Below are positions 23,371 to 37,175 of a stretch of DNA of 64,000 nucleotides, in pieces (positions within the stretch are counted from its first letter, which is position 1; each line of letters opens with the position of its first letter). Source of the stretch: Stegostoma tigrinum (Eukaryota); assembly GCF_030684315.1 (NCBI RefSeq), contig NC_081371.1, positions 24,547,440-24,611,439 on the forward strand, written 5' to 3'. Under the pieces are notes generated by a model. That model did not search any database. It saw nothing but the letters and a program-made list of their open reading frames with translations, and was not told where the DNA came from. The position numbers were made by a program, and so were the translations under genes.

Positions 23371-25089
23371 TAAACCCCCAGAGTGACTGACTGACTGTGC
23401 TCACACCCCTGGACTGGTTTCGGACGGAGTCCTTAACTGACTGTATCTGGACTCCCTGACTGCAGGCGTGCCCTCTGGACTTAACCAAAGACTTTAACTT
23501 TAAGACATGGCCATTTGGTTGAAGCACATTCATTGTGTTTACCATGTAGGCTGCTGGTATGTTCTGTAAATGTGAGATTGAGGTAGGATGGTACTGAATT
23601 GCAAACTGTCCACCTTCTTAACCGATAGCTGCTGACAACCATGTCAAGCTGCCTGAATTTCTGTCTGCATTGAGCAACAAGGCATGACAGAATTGCTGTA
23701 AGCCTTTAAGCCCTGGCTGGGGGGGTAAAACACAAAACTACAGAGCATGGCAGGCAAGGCTGGGACATGGCAAGATCAAGTTTCGCTCCTTTTAATTCTC
23801 AGTGCTGAGTGATTACTTTAGCTTCTGTGTAAAGCAAAGCCATCAGTTGGTGAAGCGTTGCTGTCTGCGAGTAGCAATTCAATTAATGTACAGCTCTCAT
23901 TTTCAGATAATATGGCAGGAGCCCCATTGTTGTCTGTGAGCTGTTAAAAGGCAAATTCTGAAATCAACACTAAGAAACATCTTGAAGGATGAATGAGAAC
24001 CAATGATTTGTAATAAGACAGAGCTGTGTCAGCACGTACACAATGCTAAGTGATCACTAACATTTTTAAATACAAATTAAACATTTTTCTTTTCAACATT
24101 TGGTAGAGACACCTGAATGTTCAAGAGAATTAGCAAAAGGAATGTTGTAGATCAAATGGAAGGTAGGAAAATATGATTCATTTGGGTTCTGACAACATGT
24201 AACCCCAACTCCTGTCCACTGACTGTGCAACTACATGTGAGCCTGATGCCACAGCACAACTGAGTATGTGCAGATTGATAATATGGCTGATTTTTGCATT
24301 GGGAACAGACACTCCAACTCAAAGCATCTAATCATGATGAGATTCTGCTTCTATTTCTGCCTCAATTTACCCACTAACCTTCGCAGTTTAACTAAAAGGT
24401 AAGATGTAGGAGCAGAATTAGGCCATTCAGCCCATGTAGTCTGCATCGCTGTTCAATAAGATCACTTCTGATCTGATAATCCTCAAGTCTACATTCTTGC
24501 TTCTTCCCCAATATCCCTTTATTCCCTTTTGTGATTAAGTAACTGTCCATCCACTCTTAATCAAAGATTTCAATCCATTGTTACATTCTTTACTCCCAGA
24601 AAAGTCTTAGAAATACTCAAAACAATTATCAAAATCCAGCAGGTGCAGTATACTTCATGACAACACTGTTTTTATGCTCCATTATGCCCATGTATTTCTG
24701 TTTAAAGGTTCATAGATCCCTCTTAAATTCATTGAATTTTGATCCAGCAAAGCGTCTCCCTCATTATTGTTACGATTGCAGTTGATGCTAACATTGTACA
24801 AGTCATATTCCAGAATAAGACTTGGTAGCCCATAAGTTTCATTTTGCTTAGTGAGGCAATCAGTTGCTGCACATATCCACAAGACGCTATCAATGCACCT
24901 AGAACAAAATAACTTAGGAGTTTAGTACACAAAAGATAGCACAAACTGTATTACACAATACAAGAAGTATTTGAAATGGTCTCATTACAAGTATCAGAAA
25001 CAAAAATTTAACTCTTGCCCTAACAATGATCTTATAGACAGTCAAACCTCAGTGAAGAGCCACCCTCTGTACACACTAAAAGCTCTTGC

Positions 25090-26180
25090 TGCTTTAAACA
25101 AAGTGGTGGCAGAGATAGCAGAGGCATTGGTTGGGATATTCTAAAAGTCATTGGATTTCAGGAGGATCCCAGCAGATTGTGAGATTGCTGATCAAGAAGG
25201 GAAAGAGACAGAAAAACAAGAAATTACAGACCAGTTAACCTAACATCTGACGTTGGGAAATGCTGCAACCCATTACTAATAAATAGCATGATGTTCAGAA
25301 AAGCTTAACACAATCAAGGAGAGTCAATTTGGTTATGTGAAAGTGAAATTATGTTGATCAAATTTGCTAGACTTCTAGCAGAAGGACGTGGACAGGCTAG
25401 GAAAGTGAGCAAAGAAGTGCCAGATGGAAAACAATGTGGGTAAGTGTGAGCTTATGCGCTTTGGTAGGAAGAATAGAGATATGGACTATTTTCTAAACAG
25501 GGAAAAGCTTCGGAAATCTGCAGTGCAAAGGGACTTAGGAGTTCTAGTTCTCTTCAGGTTAACATGCAGGGTCAGTTGGCAGTTAGGAAGGCAAATGCAG
25601 TGTTAATATTCATTTCAAGGAGACTAGAATACAACAACAGGGATGTACTGCTGAGGCTAACTGATGCTCTGGTCAGACCACATTTGGAATATTGTGAGCA
25701 ATTTTGGGCCCCGTTTCTAGGAAAGAATGTTCTGGCTTTGGACATGTTCCAGAGAAAGTTCACAAAAATGAATCCTGGGATGATGGTCTTGACCAGTTGA
25801 GGGCTTCGATCTGTACTTGATGGAGTTTAGAGGGATGAGGGCGATCTAATTGAAACTTATAGAAGATGTTTGCACTAGTAGGAGAGACTCGGACATGAGG
25901 GTACAGCATCAGGGTGAAGGGATGACCCTTTAGAACTGAGATGAGGATGAATTTCTTTACTAGAGTCTGGTTAATCTGTGGAACTCATTGCCACAGAAGG
26001 CTGTGGAGGCCAAGTCATTGAGTTTATTTAAGACAGAGATAGATAAGTTCTTAATTAGTGAGGGGGTCAAGGGTTACAGGGACAAAGCAAGAGAATGGAG
26101 TTGAGAAACATATCAAACATGATTGAATGATAGAGAAGACTTGATGGGCCAAGTGACCTACTTCTTCTGCATCTTATGGT
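25090..26180 (+). mobile_element. CR1 LINE (internally deleted ORF2 plus 3' tail)
   Basis: NYRPVNLTS.VGK, NVGKCELMRFGRKN, ALVRPHLEYCEQFWAP. Confidence 0.9.
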
Positions 26181-26269
26181 CACCTGTAATGAATAGTTGG
26201 ACCATTCCTTTCACCTGTTCTTCGTGGAGAAATTTGCAAAGAAAAACATCTATGACCATAAGTCCATCA

Positions 26270-26925
26270 GGGAGGTAGATAGGATAGTGAAGGAGGATTT
26301 TGGTACACCTGCCTTTATTGGTTGGTGCATTGAGTATAGGAGTTGGGAGGTCATGTTTCAGCTGTATGGGACATTTGATAGGCCCCTTTGGGGTATAGCA
26401 TGCAATACTGATCTCCCTGCTGAAGGAACGATGTTATGAAACTTGAAAGTGTTCAAAAAAGATTCACAAGGACATTGCCAGGGTTGGAGGGTTTGAGCTA
26501 TAGGGAGAGGCTGAATAGGCTGGGGCTATTTTCCCTGGAGCGTCAGAGGCTGAGGGGTGACTTAGAGGTTTATAAAACCATCAGGGGCATGGATAGGGTA
26601 GATAGGCAAGGTCTTTTCCCCAGGGTGAGGGAGTCTAAAACAAGAGGGCATAGGTTTAAGGTGAGAGGGGAAAGACTTAAAAAGGACCTGAGGGGCAACA
26701 TTTTCATACAGAGTGTGGTGCATATTTCAAACGAGTTGCCAGAAGAAGTGGTGGAGCTTGGTACAATTACAACATTTAAAAGACATCTGGGTAAATGTAT
26801 GAATAGGAAGAGTTTAGAGGGATACGGGCCAAATGCTGGCAAATGGACTAGATTTGTTTGGGATATCTGACCAGCCTTGGCAAGTTGGACCAAAGCATCT
26901 GTTTCTGTGCTGTATATCTCAATGA
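26270..26925 (+). mobile_element. CR1 LINE 3' fragment (second subfamily)
   Basis: LESVQKRFTRTLPGLEGLSYRERLNRLGLFSLE...RLRGDL...TRGHRFK. Confidence 0.9.
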
Positions 26926-26934
26926 ATGTATGAT

Positions 26935-27650
26935 TGTTAAGTGGTCAGCATGTGGCGTCCTTGAGACGCTGTCACATAGTTTCCTGAGCAGACTGTCAGT
27001 CATTTGGTAGAATGCCTCATCACCAGAACTTTCCAACAAGCACCAAGGTATTGCTTGGCTGGTGGTGAAAAGGGCACTACAAGTGAGATCGTTCATGTAC
27101 GCCCAGCCTCTCTGACGTTGCAGCTGCTGGGTGGTGGGGCATTAGAGACAGCCACATATCTCCTTCTGTAATTTGTCTTCTCAAATGAAGCCTGTAGAGA
27201 GATACAGTGGTTCTTGTCAATGTTTGTCCTGAGTGGTCTGTGACACAGGATTCTGTGCTCTACAGTCTGTTGTCCAAGATGCACACCAAGACAAATGTCG
27301 GCTGTGCCTGGAGGATCATCAACTCAGTGAAAGATGTGCTTTGGTCTGCCTGAAACTTGTTGGTCTTCCAGGGCAGGGAGTTGACCTCGACCAAGTGTTG
27401 CAGACTGGGGCATTCCACGGTCCAGGACTACGTGCTGAGGGATGCACTAAAGCTTGGGGCAGCTGCTGCCAAGGCGCAGTGGGGAAAGACCACTCTCTGG
27501 TAACTTTCTGCCAAAGTTAAATGGGGTTCCATTCAGTTATTTGACCATCCCGGTGCCTCAAATGTATGTAAATATAGTCTTGTACAAGTAAGAAATGCCT
27601 TGGGTTTGTTTGCTGGATCGAACTAATCTCCAATGTCTGTTTGTTTCTTC
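26935..27650 (+). mobile_element. Tx1/L1-clade LINE 3' end (zf-RVT region)
   Basis: NASSPELSNKHQGIAWLVVKRAL.VRSFM..., AWRIINSVKDVLWSA.NLLVFQ, VQDYVLRDALKLGAAAAKAQWGKTT. Confidence 0.8.
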
Positions 27651-28264
27651 ACATGCTACTGTACAGAACTGAACTGCTTTAATGACGAATTGGTTATATA
27701 GGATCATGTACAAAAAGATATTCCAAACAGACAATCAAACAATGCATGAAGCATTTATAGTTTTTAAATATACAGATTATATTTGATTAACATATGTAAT
27801 TGTGACAAGTATAATAATTATATTTAATGGAGCAGATAATAGCAATGTTGTGATTTGACTTGGCCAATGTATAGACACTAATATGTCAGTTGGAAATTAT
27901 TTGCTGAATTGGTAAGAGCAGGAGAGTCCACAGGTCAGCCAGCTGGCTGCTGTGCAACAGCCTCTCCAAATTAAAAACACCATGCTGTGATTCTTGCCAT
28001 AGGCAATGTTATCATCCAAAACATTAAGAAAAAATGCCAAAGAACAGAAGGAATAAGGGAACAGGTGATAGTGTATTGACTAAGAGTTAATTGGGTTGGA
28101 ATCAGTTGTACACCTTTGGGGAGGTAGTAATCAGTGGAGTGTGAGTTTTGTGGAGAGTGGCTAACTGAAATGAAGCTGTTAAAAAAACGTGTGGCCTTGA
28201 CTTTTGTTTAACTCCCCTCCATGTTTTGTAAAATCAATTTAGTAGATCACCATAAACATACTTT

Positions 28265-28460
28265 TTAAAATTTATTCATGGATGAGAGTGTTGCTGGCTA
28301 GGCAGTATTTATTGCCCATCCCTTATATGCTGAGGACAATTAGGAGTCAACCACATTGCTGTGGGTCTGGAGTCACATGTAGGCCAGACCAGTTAAGGAT
28401 GGTAGTTTCCTTCCGTAAAGGACATTAGTGAACCAGGTGGGTTTTTCCAACAATCGACTC
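28265..28460 (-). mobile_element. SINE 3' half (same family as 36488-36845)
   Basis: Near-identical to 36495-36680. Confidence 0.75.
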
Positions 28461-30149
28461 GAGGTTTCAATACATTTTAACAGTCTTTTTCATCATGCAT
28501 TGACATCAAAATTTTGTAAGATGAGTCTTGTGAGTGAATATCGACAGGTTTTGTGAAACATGGAATGGGAAATTCTGGAATTCTACTGACTCAAACTCCA
28601 ATTCTGTGAGATCCGAAATCTATGATGAGATGCCACTGCAACCTTCTGCTGCTATTATGTAAACAACAATTTCTACACATTGAATATTGCCATCATCAAA
28701 CTTGGACATAAGCATAAACTGCCTGAAATAGTTGAACTGTTACTTGATGGGCTGCTTTTGAGGTTTAAAGTTTGTTTTCAGTATGCTGTGTTCGAGTTGA
28801 CATTCGCTGTGCGTAATTGTAAAAATAAAATTGCAAAGTTACAGAGAATTGATCTCGATCAATACGGGTAGTACACCATGTACTTAGCTTCAACAGACAT
28901 GAATCCACTGTGAAATTGTCATCTTCTTTCTTGTATGATTGAAAATCCCTTTCTAACTCCATAATCTGAGCCATTTCACATGTTGCCACTGTACTTACTA
29001 TAGAAGTTTTTGAAGTACACTTTGTTCCTTCACGATTGAACTGGTGTATGATGGACTGTTTTTTTCAATTATTAATAATTTTGTCTTGATTGAACAATTG
29101 AGAAATTATATTTTGTTTGAGTGTAGTCCGCTGAATGACAGCTTCAGTAAGGAAGAAAGCCATATGGCCGAGATCAAAAGTAAGGTTAATGACTTTATTA
29201 CTACTTAATGGCTCAAACTACTGAATGCATTGAGGTAAAAGATTTTTATCAAAGGACACAATTATGTTTTGAATTGGTTGAGTTTTGTAACAAAGTAAAT
29301 ACCAGACCCATGTGTATCAGCTTTGCAAGGTTATTTGAAGCTTTGATTTGTTTAACGGTTCAATACATGGTGGTTTTCATTAAAGACTGGTGATAGGGTT
29401 TGGATAACATGTTGATGTAACAGAGAAATTTGGTATGGTAGTAAATTACTAGGAGGTGGCACTACATACTGTAAATAACAAATTTCTCACCTGTGCCATC
29501 TATGTCGGTGGAGGTCTATGATGTTGGTAAGCTGAGATGGACATGTCCCAGTCGCAGCGGCCTGCTGCATTAATTACATGAACATTACAACTTCCTGAGC
29601 GTGTACAGCAGTGATGGCAGGAGTCAGCTTCTAGGGGAGAGTGAGTCCCGTGTGCGGGAGAGTAACCGCTCAGAAAGCTCACAGCAGCAGCGGGTGTGGG
29701 CCTTGCGGCGAGAGGTAGCACTGGACCGTGGCAACTTTGATGCTGGTGGGTCGAGTGCAGGACTCAAGGTGGTGGTGGCAGATCCGGATGTCAAGACAGC
29801 GGCAATGACAGGGTGGCATCTGTGGTCATTGTTGGTCACTTGTAGCAAAGCCGTGGGCCTGAATCGGTACCCCTGGCAGATCGATGGCAACAGTGGCTGC
29901 ATTGGCTGCAGCATGGTAGGCCTGGTCTGGTGCAGCGATGGTGGTCCTGCAGTGGTACTCTGGGAATGGTTGTGATGCAGGGGTGGTAGTGGGCATGGAG
30001 CCTATTGTGGAGACCCCCATGCACCCCAGCCCCCCATTCCACCCCCACTCCACCCCCAATGTCGAGCAGAACATAAGAAGGGAGGAAGAACTCTGTTTTT
30101 AGTTATAGTTTGTTATATATTAATATCTTCTGTGAAATAATATACTGTA

Positions 30150-31090
30150 TAAAAACCTTCTCCCAGACCTCACCTGGTTAGTCTCTGTGATGCTTTGACC
30201 AATTTCTCTGGTTCTTAAAACATTGTAAAACCTAGAATGTTCTGCACTCTTTTTCGCAGTCTGGGTGTTCCTGACCTGGAGGTTGTGGGGTTTCTTTTTC
30301 CTTTTCTTCTGGGAAACAGTTTCACATTTCTATTCATTTCTTGTTGAATCATATCAATGCAATCAAGCTCCTTGTTATAATCTATGATCTGTTTCAATAA
30401 CATATGAGCTTGATTGATGTGTTTTCTCCATGGTATCCTTCCTCTTTGTTGGTGGCTTAAACTTACACTCACCCTGGACTGCAGATCTGATAACTTGAGC
30501 TCTGTGCCTTTTATTAAAATTCTGAGCCTAATTGTCTCTTTATTTCTCCTCATGTTGTTTTACTCTGTTATGGTTATTCTCATTGAGGTTAGTCTATAGC
30601 TTTTAAGTTAGAGATGCAAGTGATGTTCTCAATCTCCAACCTATCAATATTGCTCTAACAGTAATAACTCTTCTTGTAGTGGTGGTGATCTGTAATTTAG
30701 TAATGCAAGGTTTTCATTCTTCTGCAGTAAGTCTTTTATTGAACACACACTCCCCTCAACTTTTCCATTTTCTTAGGGATAGTGGGGTAAGCCAAATGTT
30801 TGAAAACTTATAATGTGCAAATTTTTTAAACTGCTCACTTGCAAACTGTGGATCATTGCCTGACAATATCCTAAATGCGATGGATTGCGCATGTTTTCCT
30901 GTATGATTCTATTCCTGACTCTGCTGCGATTTTGTATAAGCAGTTAATTCAATCCATTTTGAGTAACAGTCTGCGGCAATGACAAAAACCTTACCTTTGA
31001 ACTCAAGTAAATCCATTCAAATAATTTGTCAACATTTCCCTTATGCATGCGTAATTGCTATCAGGACAAAGTACTATTGCCAATGTCAGA
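30150..31090 (-). mobile_element. Decayed Gypsy-like integrase region
   Basis: Minus-strand fragments DLLEFKGKVFVIAADCYSKWIE, SGNDPQFASEQFKKF and PHYP*ENGKVE match rve motifs. Confidence 0.75.
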
Positions 31091-32430
31091 ACATTCAGGA
31101 AAGATAGGAAAGATGAGCACATACATAAATAGTTCAATTAACATCACAATATCCTTCTCAGCTGACAGTCCTAATTTGTATCAAAGTACTTCTGCCACAG
31201 ATATTATAATTAATGTGTAATTATCAATATTTGACCTCACCACTGAAAAGCTCAAAATCCTTTTCCATGTGAAACAAAACCTCTGGAAGCATTAAAGTTA
31301 TCCTGGACATATAATCAGTTCATTTTATTTACTTGGCGAGAACGTAAATTTTAAAGTAGATGCATGTGTTTAATTGGCATAATCCAAGCTGCTCTGCTGT
31401 ACAGCTGCTAATGTTTCTTTGATAATTTTAATAACCAAATCTTTATTAATGAGTATTGCCAGATTAAAGCTCTGCCAGTGCTTGCTCTAATTATGTAAGG
31501 CTAATTGGTGAATATTTTACCTGAGTTGATATCATAGCTATCTGAATAGATAGAGGCTAAAGAAATAAACATGTTATTGTCATGCTTGATGACACTCAGG
31601 GCTACTTCGAGTTGTTTACACAACCTGGTAGTTCAGAACACAACTCACTTTGTGAGAGGGTGAAGATGGTTGGGTAGATTTGTCTTATTTGATAAGTCAT
31701 TTTGTTTGTGGCACTGTATCCTGCCTCCATTCTTACTACATGTGCTCCAAATGTTTGGAAATTTGACATTCTGATTGTAACCTGGCCTGAAGTGTCTGAA
31801 ATATGTCAAAACAATGGTTTTTTGAAAGGAACTTTTAGTATGAATTTGAGCCCAGCAGTACACATGTTTGGGCCCTTGGGCGAAACACACCAGATGTCAG
31901 CTTGATAATGATATTAACATATCCACTTCTCGAGTCTGCTGAAAGTATGCAAACCTGGCAGGTTGTGATGTCAATCAATATGCAATTCCAGTTTGATCCC
32001 AGTGGTGCCATTTTGAAGCTCTGATCTTTGACCATTGGCCTGTATTAACCTTGCATGATTGAGTGTGCATTACACAGCATGAAGGAGTTCTTCATCAGCA
32101 GTATTTCAAAGGATCCTCACTGATGACAAGCTATTTGCTGGCTAAATCATTCAATTTTGAGGAAATTAGTGAACCCCACATGAACAGTAATCTGGAAAAT
32201 CATACGGGAAGACACATATCCCAATCCTGGCAAGCTGGAGAAATGCATCCCATTAAACTGCTGCTGGAACAGAGGTGACAGGGAAAATCATGTGCTGGCA
32301 GTGAAATGGTAACTAACATTCTGATCACTTCATTTGAACTGCCAACATCCTTTCTCCCTCCAGCACTCCACCCTTTTACCCCTTATCCCTCACTGTTTGC
32401 ATAAATGCTGTCCCCTCCACACTTCACATT

Positions 32431-32469
32431 AGCTCTGATGAAGAGTCATCAAGACTTGAAACATTAGCT
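32431..32469 (+). ncRNA. Hammerhead ribozyme motif of a further PLE family (element ~32340-32535)
   Basis: AGCT-CTGATGA-a-GAGTC-atcaa-GACTT-GAAAC-ATT-AGCT: 4-bp stem I, 5-bp stem II. Followed by a PLE-type tail (gatgttgcctgacc...ctccagcatttt). Confidence 0.65.
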
Positions 32470-32919
32470 TCCTTTCTGCCCACGGATGTTGCCTGACCCC
32501 TGAGATCTCCAGCATTTTCTGTTTTCAGTAAGATTAATAATGATCCACTTAAAGCACACTCACATGACTCTCAAGAGTCATCAGTAAGGTGAGTGAAGGC
32601 TGAGTGAGTATACTGCTGGAAATTGGATTCAAAGTGGGAATGGGTGCAAATGAGGACAGATGTGCTTTAACTAAGGTTTACTGCAAGGAGCAAACTCTCC
32701 AGAGGGAGAGCTGAGTGGGAGAGGATAAGAAGTGTGGATTAAGAGGCCAACCTGAAGTGAAACTGACCTGAGGTGAGACCAGCAACAGAGTAAGAGGCAA
32801 AATAGATAAGCGGGAAGCAGTAAATGCAATATGTTTGGATTTTCATTAGGTATTAAAGGTAAAATCACCATTGTTCCAGAGAACCATAGGGCTACTCTCA
32901 CATTAGAGAGAGATGGCTG

Positions 32920-34070
32920 TGCCAGTCATTAGGTTACTTAGAGTCCATGGTGTTGGAGGTAATATATTAGCATGGATAGAGTATTGGTTAACTAGTAGAA
33001 GGCAGAGACATGGGTTGGGGGCATTTTCAGATGGCACCCTGTGACGAGTGAAATGCCACAAGGATCAGTACTAGGGCCACAATTATTTACAACATATATT
33101 AATGTCTTGGATGAGGGAAAGTGAATATACTATGGCCAAGTTTGCAGATGCCACAATAATGGGTGGGAGGGCAATTGGTGAGGATGACACAATATGCCTA
33201 CAGAGGAATGTAGATGTATTAAGTGAAAGGACAAAATCTTGACAGATGGATTATAATGTGGCAAAATATAGGGATAGGAAGAATAGAGGAACTGGATATT
33301 ATTAAACTGGAGAAAGATTGCAGAAAGAAACAAGACAGAGGGATTGGTGCATAAATCCTCACCATTGTGTTCTCATGGATAAATCACAAAGAGCTAGCAT
33401 TCAAGTTCAGCATGTAATAGGAAAAGAAATAGAATATTAGTCTTTGTTTCAAAGGGAACTGAGTGCAATATTAGGGACGTCGTCTTGTAAAAAAAATAAG
33501 GCACCAGTCAGACCATAGTGGAATAAGGTGAACAAATTTGAGTCTCTTATCTAAGAAAAGATATTGTGGCCTTGGAGGCAGCCAGGAGAAAGTTCACTAG
33601 GCTGATCCCAAGTATGGAGAGATTGTCTTTTGAGGAGAGGTTGAATAGATTTGGCCTGAATTCATTGGAGTTTAGAAGAGTGAAATAACAAGATTCTTTG
33701 GGGATTTGACAGGATAGATGCAGAAGGGTTGTTTTCCTGTGTTGGAGAGTTTAGTACAAGTGAGCATAATCTCAGAATATAACAGGTCACATATTTAAAA
33801 GTTCGAGATGAGGAGGAATTTCTTTTCTCAGTTTCTTTTTACACCAGAGGGCTGTTGGGGCTGGGTTTTAAGTATTTCAAGGCTGTGTTTTAGATATATT
33901 CAAGGTTGAGGTAGACAGATTTTTAACCAGCAAAGGAATCAAAGGTAATAGGGAAATGGCAAGAAAGTGGAGTTGAGGATTATCAGATCAACCATGATCC
34001 CATCGAAAGGTGGAGTGGACTCATTGGGCTGAATGGGCTGCTTCAAGTCCTATTTCAGATGGTCTATGAT
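32920..34070 (+). mobile_element. CR1 LINE ORF2 3' part and tail
   Basis: MPQGSVLGPQLFTTYINVLD...AKFADAT (RT core motifs) and a CR1 tail. Confidence 0.9.
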
Positions 34071-34119
34071 TTTATTGTCACAGAGCATAACTGGATCCTG
34101 TACACAACACTGACCCCAA

Positions 34120-34835
34120 GCTTCCAGTTGCCTGCCGCTTCAACATGCCATCATGTTCCCTGGCCAACATTTCTGTCTCAGGCCTGGTACAGTGCTCTAG
34201 GGAAGCTCAGAACAAGCTCGAAGAGCAGTACCTCATTTTCCACTTAGGGACCTTGCAGCCATCAGAACTCATTATCAATTTCAATAACTTAATTGAACAC
34301 CTTCTTCCATGTCTTTTACCTACCCCATACCCCAGGCCTTGATATCACATGGGCCGCTTTCATCACTGCCAACCCAATTTCACCCACTAGTTGTCCACAT
34401 CAACAGCTTTTCTTTCTTCTGAAGAAGGGTCACTGGACCCAAAAGATTAACTCTGTTTTCTCCTTCACAGATGCTGCCAGACCTGCTGAGCTTTTCCAGC
34501 AACTTTTTTTTGTTCCTGATTTACAGCATCTGCAATTCTTTTGGGTTTTTTTTTCTTTCTTCCCAGTTCATCTTGGTCCATCCCTTCGTCTGCCCAACTG
34601 TTGTTTTCTCTCTGTCTGGGCTCCATCTCCACCTACCGTGTAATCCTTTCTCTCTGCAACTTCCTCCGCTCCACCTGCATCCTGCTCCTCCCCGCTGTCT
34701 TCAGCATATTTACCATCTTTCCTAGCTACAATCAGTTCTGAAGAAGGATCACTGGACCTGAACCATTGACTCTGTTTTCTGTCCTTAGATGCTGCTAGAC
34801 CTGCTGAGTTTCTCCAGCAATTTCTGTTTGTATTG
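34120..34835 (+). mobile_element. PLE family-B remnants: GIY-YIG C-terminus and two tandem pLTR/hammerhead-like ends
   Basis: KLEEQYLIFHLGTLQPSELIINFNN; ctgaagaagggtcactggaccc at ~34419 and ctgaagaaggatcactggacct at ~34738. Confidence 0.78.
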
Positions 34836-36487
34836 GATTCTGTGCTCATTTGTCAAGCTGTTCACTAGCCTAGAATTATCCTGGAATAGAAAGCCAACTG
34901 AGCATCTCTTCCAGACTGTAAATCATCTTCAAGTGCCTCTCCCTGAACTCCTCCACCCTCCAATAACTCCAAGGACCTCATGGACTGCTTTCTCACTCAG
35001 ATTGAGACCATCTGAATAGATGCCTTTGCTATTTGGTTTCTTCCCCTGTAGCCCATTTTCTCCAAGTTTCCCTCAGTGAACAGAGCAAACATTACAGGAA
35101 GTACAATCATATTTTCATGGAACACAAAAACCATGACAATGAAAATATGATGTATCTTGCTGAGCTATCCTGTGGCAATCCAGAGCACAGTCTGGTGCAC
35201 TTGCATGTACTGGAAGTTACACGTAGCAATACACAGAGCTCTGTTCTTTGCATGTAAAAAGAATATGTAGCCACAATTCATTTGGTTCAACTCAACAATA
35301 TAGGTGACAGCCATTCACCCAGAATAGGTCACAATCATTCATTTGTTCACTTCTCAGGAAAATGCCCTGAAAATTGTTCAAAAGCTTACTCATCAATCAA
35401 CGTGAATGGATGCGTTATCCATGGCGACATCCCTACCAATTAGAGTCCACTTGCTAACCAATCAGCACTCTCGTGTGGAGTAGAGATATTGTTCTTCCCC
35501 TGAATTTTAATTCTGGTGAAACATCCTGAAGAAAAGCTTTGACAAAATGTGTCTATTGACAGTAATTCTCAAGTTCTTGTACTACTAAACAACTACCCTC
35601 TTACTATTAAGGTATTGATAGAAAAAAAATTGGGGATTTTATAGTTTGATTTTACTTGCCAGTATTCTTGCATTTATCTCTTTGCTTTCACAATTTCCTT
35701 TTTGCTTTCAACCATGCACTTTCAACACTCCTCTTGGCTTTCTACAGTATTGAGTTGTCAGTATCTGATACAAGCCTATCCTATCCTGTCTATGCTCCTT
35801 GATATCCAGGACACACTAGGTTTTCTTATTCACCCTTTCACATTATGGGAACATGTTTATTCTGTGTTCTTTGAATGCCTGCTGTTTCTCTAACACTAAT
35901 TACATTCAAGTAGCTGTTTCCAATCCAGTTTTGCTAAATCGCTCCTCAGCTTCGAAAAATTGACCATATCTTAATTTAAAACTTGAACCCCTTTTTCATC
36001 TTTGATCTTTTCCATAATTATGTTAAAACTAATTGAATTCTAGGTTTTTTCTAACTAACCTTTTCAGAAATGTTATTACTCACTTCTGGAGCGGGTATGA
36101 CTTGAACCCATGCCTCCTGGCTCAGAGGCTGGATGCTAGCACCGTGTTAGAGGACCCCTTAATTTTGAATTCTGTGCTGCCCGAACCTCAACCCCTTCCA
36201 CCTGTCCAGCTTTATTTTCTAAAACTAAGTCCAGAAAAGTATCTGTTCGTTTTGGGCTTGCAAATCCTGACCAAACTATTTCTCCTGAATGCAAGAATTC
36301 TGCCGCCTCTATTACTTTTCACACATTTCATTTTATTGCTGTGTCATTTCCACCTCTCAGAGTTGCCTATGTATTTGCTCTTCTATCTACCTCTGACTGT
36401 TTTGGGGGTTTATAGTGTATACTCCTTTGTGATTTTTAATTCAATTTTCATGACTTTCTCACACCTTTGTTTCTTTGACCAAATTTT

Positions 36488-36845
36488 TTTTCTTTATTCA
36501 TTCATGGGATGAGGATGTCGCTGACTAGGCAGCATTTATTGCCCACCCCTAATTGCCCAGAGGGTAGTTCAGAGTCAACTACATTGCTGTGGGTATGGAG
36601 TCACATGTAGCCCAGACCAGGTAAGGATGGCAGTTTCCTTTCCTAAAGGACATTAGTGAACCAGATGGGTTTTTCCAACAATTGACAATGGATTCACGGT
36701 CATCATTAGATTCTTCATTCTAGATATTTATTGAATTCAAATTCCACCATCTGCTGTGGCGGGATTGGAACCCTGGTCCCCAGAATATTATCTTGGTCTC
36801 TGGATTAACAGTCCAGTGATAATACCACTAGGCCATCACCTCCCA
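36488..36845 (-). mobile_element. Full-length tRNA-derived SINE
   Basis: Head gggaggtgatggcctagtggta...gggttccaatccc (A/B boxes); tail atgaatgaataaagaaaaa. Confidence 0.85.
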
Positions 36846-36952
36846 TTCTCCTTCCTATTTATCCCCCTCTCTAACTCACCTTAAAGCCTTGTAACTAAGC
36901 ACCTCCAGCTGCCATTTCTGTGCTTTTTTGAGCTATGTTTTAGGGTTGTTAT

Positions 36953-37175
36953 TGTAGTGATTATAACGAGGTCAGCCACCTGGACACTATAGAATATGAG
37001 TTCCCTGAATGAGGCTGTTAATCTGATCCAATCATGGAGTGCCGGCTGACAGATGAAAGGGGGAATGTCAGAGATACTGCAACCCTGAATGAGGCAGTAC
37101 CAGTGTCAAGGACTGTTCATGTGTAGATAAAGCATGACTTAGTGACGGGATACCAGTCTCTGTAGAGCTATTTCA
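36953..37175 (+). mobile_element. Solo LTR (223 bp)
   Basis: TG...CA termini, 5-bp TSD GTTAT/GCTAT (one mismatch), internal CCAAT. Confidence 0.65.

Noticed and set aside
29560-30080. GC-rich stretch with several 70-124-aa ORFs on both strands
   Set aside because: No recognisable protein or splice structure; it looks like a degraded repeat 5' region, and the ORFs are explained by GC content.
36033-36512. 159-aa hydrophobic ORF resembling a membrane protein
   Set aside because: It spans a SINE and T-rich repeat-derived sequence and starts at a non-ATG codon; the hydrophobicity follows from base composition.
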